Source of the DNA: an uncultured Ruminococcus sp.
Lineage (GTDB): Bacteria > Bacillota > Clostridia > Oscillospirales > CAG-272
DNA: 64,000 nt
Direction of reading: 5' to 3'
NCBI GenBank assembly: GCA_902795355.1
Contig: CADBKZ010000003.1
Location: 37,516 to 101,515 of the forward strand
The notes under the pieces: model-generated
The model's input: the letters and a program-made list of their open reading frames with translations, nothing else
The model's database searches: none
What the model was told of the DNA's origin: nothing
Shown: piece after piece, positions 59,414-64,000 of the stretch
Layout of the letters: each line of letters starts with the position of its first letter
Numbering within the stretch: position 1 is the first letter of the stretch
Made by a program: the position numbers and the translations under genes

Positions 59414-62400
59414 GCATTCTGACCGCTTCTATCCGCTCCGACCCCGAATACGCGCAATTGCTCCAAACCGTGGAGCGCGATTTTCGGGTGGAGCCGCTTC
59501 CCGTGGCCGTCTCCGGAATCTGCGACGGGGCGTCCGACGCGCTTCTGGTCTCGCTCGTTGAGGACACCGCAAAAGTGCGCAAAGGAGAACCCGCTCTGCT
59601 GATCTGCCCCGAAGAAAAGGAATGCGTGCGTCTGCTTTCCCTGCTTGAACGCTTCGGCCTGCACGCGGGGTTCTTTATGGGGCGCGACCTCACCTTTTAT
59701 TATATGACCGCCTCGCATGAATACGAGCATGAGCGGCTGAAAACGCTCTCAGGGCTTTTGGGCGGTGACTATGATGTGATCCTGACCACCCCCGACGCCG
59801 CGGTTGGCTACACCGTTCCGCCGGAGAAGCTGATTGCTTCGACCCTGACGGTCTCCGCCGTCGACCGGATTGACACGGCCTCGCTCGTCCGCCGGTTGTT
59901 GGACGCGGGTTTTGTCCGCGTGGAACTTGTGGATAGCCCCGGGCAGTTCGCCCTGCGCGGCGGGATCATCGACATCTACCCGCCATACGGCGTGTTCGCC
60001 GATCCGGACGGCGGGGAGCTTCGCGGCCCGTATGCCCTGCGCTTGGAACTCTTCGGCGACGAAATTGACCGCATGGGGCTGTTCGAGCCGGATACGCAAA
60101 GAATGATCCAATCGGTCTGCCGCGCCGAGTTTCAGCCCGCCCGCGAGCTGCTCTGCGAAAAGGAATCGCTCGAACGGATCGGAAAAGCCGTTGCGGCGCA
60201 AATCAAGGCCGCCGCGGGAGAACCCGCCGCGGAAGAGCTTGCGCGGGAAGCCGCCTCGGTGGAAAACGCCCTGCACGGCAACGGGGATATTCCCTTTCTT
60301 GATAAATATATCAATCTGGTATATCCGGAAAAAACCTGTCTGCTCGATTATTTCACGGGCAGGCGGTTGGTAATCATCCGCGGGACCAACGCCGTTCGCG
60401 AACGCGCAAAAGCCTCGGAATGGCATTTGCACCAAACCGTTACCGAATTGCTCGAAGCGGGAACGCTTGCGGGGCGGTATGCCGAGTACGCCAAGCCCGC
60501 CTCGTCGCTCTCCCTGTTCTGCGACGCCAACGTGACCGTTCATCTCGATTCCATTGCCTATCAGCTTTCGGAACGCCGCTTGGCCGGTCTCTTCGGGTTC
60601 CGCACGCGGCACACCGCGAGCTATGCCGCCAACGAGGAGATCTTTTTGGAAGACCTGCAAAATTATCTGCGCGGCGGCTACCGCTGCGCGGTGCTGGCCG
60701 AAAACGAACCGGCCGCAAAACAGCTCCGCGAAAAGCTGATCGGCGCGGGCTGCGTGGTGGTGGAAGAACCGGCTTCCCCCGCGGAGTTTCCCGCCGGAAC
60801 GGTTACGGTGATCCACAAGGATGTTTTCACCGGCTATGAACTACCCGTTCCGCGATTCGCAATCCTCTCCACCAATCCCGAAATCCGTTCCGCGGCGCTC
60901 GGCATCGGCGGCAAGTCCACGCTGAAAAAGAAGCGACGGAAGGATACCAAAAGCATTCTTTCCTATGCCGAGCTGGAAGCGGGCGACTATGTGGTTCACG
61001 AGCATTACGGCATCGGGCAATATACGGGAATCGAGACCCTGACCGTGGACGGCGTGACCCGCGATTATATCGGCATCCGGTATGCGGGGAGCGACCGCCT
61101 GTTTCTCCCCGTGGAACAGCTGGATAAGGTTTCCAAATATATCGGCGCACACGCGGACGACGGCCTGCTCAAACTCTCCAAAATGGGCGGGGAAAGCTGG
61201 CAGAAATCCAAATCCCGCGCAAAAAAGGCCGTTCGCGAAATGGCGAAAGACCTGATCCGGCTCTACGCCGAGCGCATGCGGCTCCCGGGGCATGCCTTCC
61301 CCGCCGACGACCGCTACCAAAAAGCCTTTGAAGAGGCGTTTGAATACACCGAAACCGAAAGCCAGATCGCGGCGGCGGACGAAATTAAGGCCGACATGAT
61401 GCGCGCCGTTCCGATGGATCGCCTGCTCTGCGGCGACGTTGGCTACGGCAAAACCGAGGTCGCCCTGCGCGCCGCCTACAAAGCGGTGCTCGGCGGCAAG
61501 CAGGTGGCCGTTCTCGTTCCAACCACTTTGCTCGCGCTGCAACATTACCAAACCATGGTCAGCCGCATGCGGAGCTTTGCCGTAAACGTGGAAATGATCT
61601 CCCGTTTCCGTACCGGCAAGCAGCAATCGCAAACGCTTCGCCGCCTCGCGCGCGGAGAGATTGACATTCTGGTGGGCACCCACCGGTTGCTCTCGTCGGA
61701 CGTGAAATTCCACGACCTCGGTTTGGTGATCATCGACGAGGAACAGCGGTTCGGCGTGGCGCAAAAGGAGAAGCTGAAACAGATCGCCTCGGGCGTGGAC
61801 GTTCTTTCCCTTTCGGCAACGCCCATTCCCCGAACGCTCAACATGGCCATGGGCGGCATCCGCGATATTTCCATTCTCGACGAGGCCCCCGTGGACCGTT
61901 TGCCCGTGCAGACCTACGTTCTGGAAGAGGACCCGCTGATCATTGAGGAAGCCATCCGGCGCGAGCTGCGCCGCGGCGGGCAGGTGTTCTACCTGCACAA
62001 CGATGTGGAAACCATCTATTCGGTCGCCGCGCGGGTCAAGGAAGCCGTTCCCGAGGCGCGGGTCACGGTCGGGCACGGAAAAATGGACAAGGACGAGCTG
62101 GAAAGCATTTGGGAAAAGATGCTTGCGGGCGAAATCGATATTCTGGTTTGCACCACCATCATCGAAACGGGCGTGGACGTTCCGAACGCCAACACGCTGA
62201 TCGTTTCCAACGCGCACCGCCTCGGGCTTTCCCAGCTGCACCAGATCCGCGGTCGCGTGGGGCGTTCCTCGCGCCGCGCCTATGCATATTTCACTTTCCC
62301 GCCCATGCGCGCCCTCTCCGATATTGCCCGCAAGCGGCTCGAAGCCGTTCGCGAATACGCGGAGTTCGGCGCGGGCTTCAAAATTGCCCTGCGCGATATG

Positions 62401-63000
62401 GAGATCCGCGGCGCGGGAAATCTGCTCGGAGCCGAACAGCACGGGCATCTTGACGCGGTGGGTTACGACCTCTATATCAAGTTGCTCAATCAGGCCGTTC
62501 TCGAAGAGCGCGGCGAGAATCGCGAACCCGAGGTGGAATGCGCCGTCAGCCTTGACTTTGACGCGTTCCTGCCCGAAAAATACGTTCCCTATCCCGCCCA
62601 GCGCATGGCTTTGTACAAAAAAATCGCTTTGATTGCAAACGAGGACGACCTGCGCGACGTAACCGACGAGCTGGTAGACCGCTACGGCGACCCGCCGCCG
62701 CCCACGCAGAACCTGCTCCGCATCGCCCTGATTCACAACATTGCCGTTTCGGCGCGGATCACCGCGATCCGCCAATTCGGCAACGAGATCCACATTTATC
62801 CGCAAAAAACCGATATTGACCGTTGGTCCGAGGTTGCGGACGGATTTGACGGAAAATTGCGCATGCTGATGTCCGGCGAGCCGCACCTTTGCCTGCGCGT
62901 CCAACAGAAATCAACCGCGTTGAGCCGTTTGCGGGAATGCCTGCTCCGCTATCTCGCAACCGCGCCGCAATCCCCTGCCGAAGAAAGGAAACTGCCATGA
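59410..63000 (+). CDS. mfd: Transcription-repair coupling factor
   Basis: CGDVGYGKTEVA, DEEQRFG, SATPIPR, QIRGRVGR, TRCF C-terminus. Confidence 0.98.
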   Translation: MSILTASIRSDPEYAQLLQTVERDFRVEPLPVAVSGICDGASDALLVSLVEDTAKVRKGEPALLICPEEKECVRLLSLLERFGLHAGFFMGRDLTFYYMTASHEYEHERLKTLSGLLGGDYDVILTTPDAAVGYTVPPEKLIASTLTVSAVDRIDTASLVRRLLDAGFVRVELVDSPGQFALRGGIIDIYPPYGVFADPDGGELRGPYALRLELFGDEIDRMGLFEPDTQRMIQSVCRAEFQPARELLCEKESLERIGKAVAAQIKAAAGEPAAEELAREAASVENALHGNGDIPFLDKYINLVYPEKTCLLDYFTGRRLVIIRGTNAVRERAKASEWHLHQTVTELLEAGTLAGRYAEYAKPASSLSLFCDANVTVHLDSIAYQLSERRLAGLFGFRTRHTASYAANEEIFLEDLQNYLRGGYRCAVLAENEPAAKQLREKLIGAGCVVVEEPASPAEFPAGTVTVIHKDVFTGYELPVPRFAILSTNPEIRSAALGIGGKSTLKKKRRKDTKSILSYAELEAGDYVVHEHYGIGQYTGIETLTVDGVTRDYIGIRYAGSDRLFLPVEQLDKVSKYIGAHADDGLLKLSKMGGESWQKSKSRAKKAVREMAKDLIRLYAERMRLPGHAFPADDRYQKAFEEAFEYTETESQIAAADEIKADMMRAVPMDRLLCGDVGYGKTEVALRAAYKAVLGGKQVAVLVPTTLLALQHYQTMVSRMRSFAVNVEMISRFRTGKQQSQTLRRLARGEIDILVGTHRLLSSDVKFHDLGLVIIDEEQRFGVAQKEKLKQIASGVDVLSLSATPIPRTLNMAMGGIRDISILDEAPVDRLPVQTYVLEEDPLIIEEAIRRELRRGGQVFYLHNDVETIYSVAARVKEAVPEARVTVGHGKMDKDELESIWEKMLAGEIDILVCTTIIETGVDVPNANTLIVSNAHRLGLSQLHQIRGRVGRSSRRAYAYFTFPPMRALSDIARKRLEAVREYAEFGAGFKIALRDMEIRGAGNLLGAEQHGHLDAVGYDLYIKLLNQAVLEERGENREPEVECAVSLDFDAFLPEKYVPYPAQRMALYKKIALIANEDDLRDVTDELVDRYGDPPPPTQNLLRIALIHNIAVSARITAIRQFGNEIHIYPQKTDIDRWSEVADGFDGKLRMLMSGEPHLCLRVQQKSTALSRLRECLLRYLATAPQSPAEERKLP

Positions 63001-64000
63001 AACATGTTTTTCGCCCGCTTGCCTCTCTGCTTGCGCTTTTGCTGCTGATCCTTCCGCTCGCCGCCTGCGGGAACCGGAATAGGAAAACCCTGCTGACGCT
63101 CGACCGCGACGGGACCAAGGTTTCCCTTTCGGTCAACTTCTACCGTTTTCAGCTCTCCCGCCTGAAAGGCTCCTTTGTGGGCTATGGCTACACCAACGCA
63201 GGCGGCGACGCTTCCGACGACGCGTTCTGGTCGCTCCAAGACAAATTCGACGGGGGCGACAAACTGCAAACTTGGGACGAATATTACCGCGCGCAGGTGT
63301 TGGAGACCTGCAAAATCTATTTGGTGGGGCTTTGGGTCTTTGAAAAAAACGACCTGAAACTTTCGGAAACCGCCAAGCAAAATATTCAGGCGGAATTGGA
63401 CGACCTTGTAAACGACTACGGCAACGGCTCCAAAACCAAGCTCAACGCGGTTCTCGCGGCCTACGGCGTGAATTACAGAATGCTGAAAGACGTTTACGAA
63501 ACCGAGGCAAAGCTCGAAACGGCGCAGGATTTCCTTTACGGCGCAAACGCCTCGGGCCTCGGTTCCACGGTCAAGGAAGAATACCTTAACGCGCATTACC
63601 TGCGCTTTAAGCAGATCTTCTTCGCAAAATACGACTACGAGTATATCACGGACGGAAACGGCGACGTTGTGTATTACGACGCCGACGGCAATATCCTTTA
63701 TAACACAAAAACGGGCTACCCGAAAACCGTGAACGGAAAAACGGTCTACTATCTCTCCGCCGATTCCGCTCGGATCGCCTATGATTACGAAAACGGCTCC
63801 CCGAAATACAAAACCGACGCGAAAGGGGATGTGATCCGTCGGGAGCTGACCGCGGACGAGGCCGCAAACGTGCTTGCCGAATCGCAGGCCGCATACGAAC
63901 AGGTTCGGGATGGAGCCGAATCGGTTTTTGAAACCGTTCTCGCGAACGAAAACGGGACAAGCGAATTTTCCGACGGCTATTACCTGCTCCGCGGGACCGA
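62997..64000 (+). CDS. Lipoprotein, probable PrsA/SurA-like foldase (partial, runs off the window)
   Basis: MKHVF...LAAC lipobox, YLRFKQIFF; ATGA-coupled to mfd. Confidence 0.65.
   Translation, partial: MKHVFRPLASLLALLLLILPLAACGNRNRKTLLTLDRDGTKVSLSVNFYRFQLSRLKGSFVGYGYTNAGGDASDDAFWSLQDKFDGGDKLQTWDEYYRAQVLETCKIYLVGLWVFEKNDLKLSETAKQNIQAELDDLVNDYGNGSKTKLNAVLAAYGVNYRMLKDVYETEAKLETAQDFLYGANASGLGSTVKEEYLNAHYLRFKQIFFAKYDYEYITDGNGDVVYYDADGNILYNTKTGYPKTVNGKTVYYLSADSARIAYDYENGSPKYKTDAKGDVIRRELTADEAANVLAESQAAYEQVRDGAESVFETVLANENGTSEFSDGYYLLRGT

Noticed and set aside
60841-62904. 687-aa minus-strand ORF
   Set aside because: Antisense shadow of mfd.
1-64000. CRISPR arrays, tRNA, rRNA, IS transposases, reverse transcriptases
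   Set aside because: None recognised by eye; a short tRNA or degenerate IS could have been missed without tools.

Overview
Chromosomal window from a moderately GC-rich Clostridia-type (Bacillota) bacterium. The left part is housekeeping and accessory genes: a Fur-family regulator with a permease, CopA, an orphan Wzc-like tyrosine kinase, greA, ctpA, rsmE, a class A PBP, glpK, ylxM-ffh-rpsP-khpA, a cobalamin-riboswitch ECF/lipoprotein pair, ribF and a GH172-like gene. The centre holds the complete S10-spc-alpha ribosomal cluster and a stand-alone rplJL. The right part has two carbohydrate/nucleoside enzymes, ppdK, pth, mfd and a partial PrsA-like lipoprotein. The most notable region is a ~7.4 kb decayed integrative element (48375-55784) inserted in the last codons of ppdK. 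(i) The displaced native ppdK 3' end and its terminator lie at the far end of the element. (ii) The attachment core sits inside the large serine recombinase gene, so integration removes a 50-aa C-terminal module that rejoins in frame only in the excised circle. (iii) Next to an intact tyrosine recombinase, two inverted dyad sites flank a sigma-A promoter, forming a candidate invertible promoter/terminator switch. (iv) The interior has collapsed into chimeric ORFs whose junctions all fall on GATA(TG). A second highlight is a strongly structured attenuator-like leader RNA (92-250) with a mini-ORF upstream of a 90-aa unknown protein. I saw no CRISPR array, rRNA or tRNA. All family calls come from motif recognition by eye, not from database searches.
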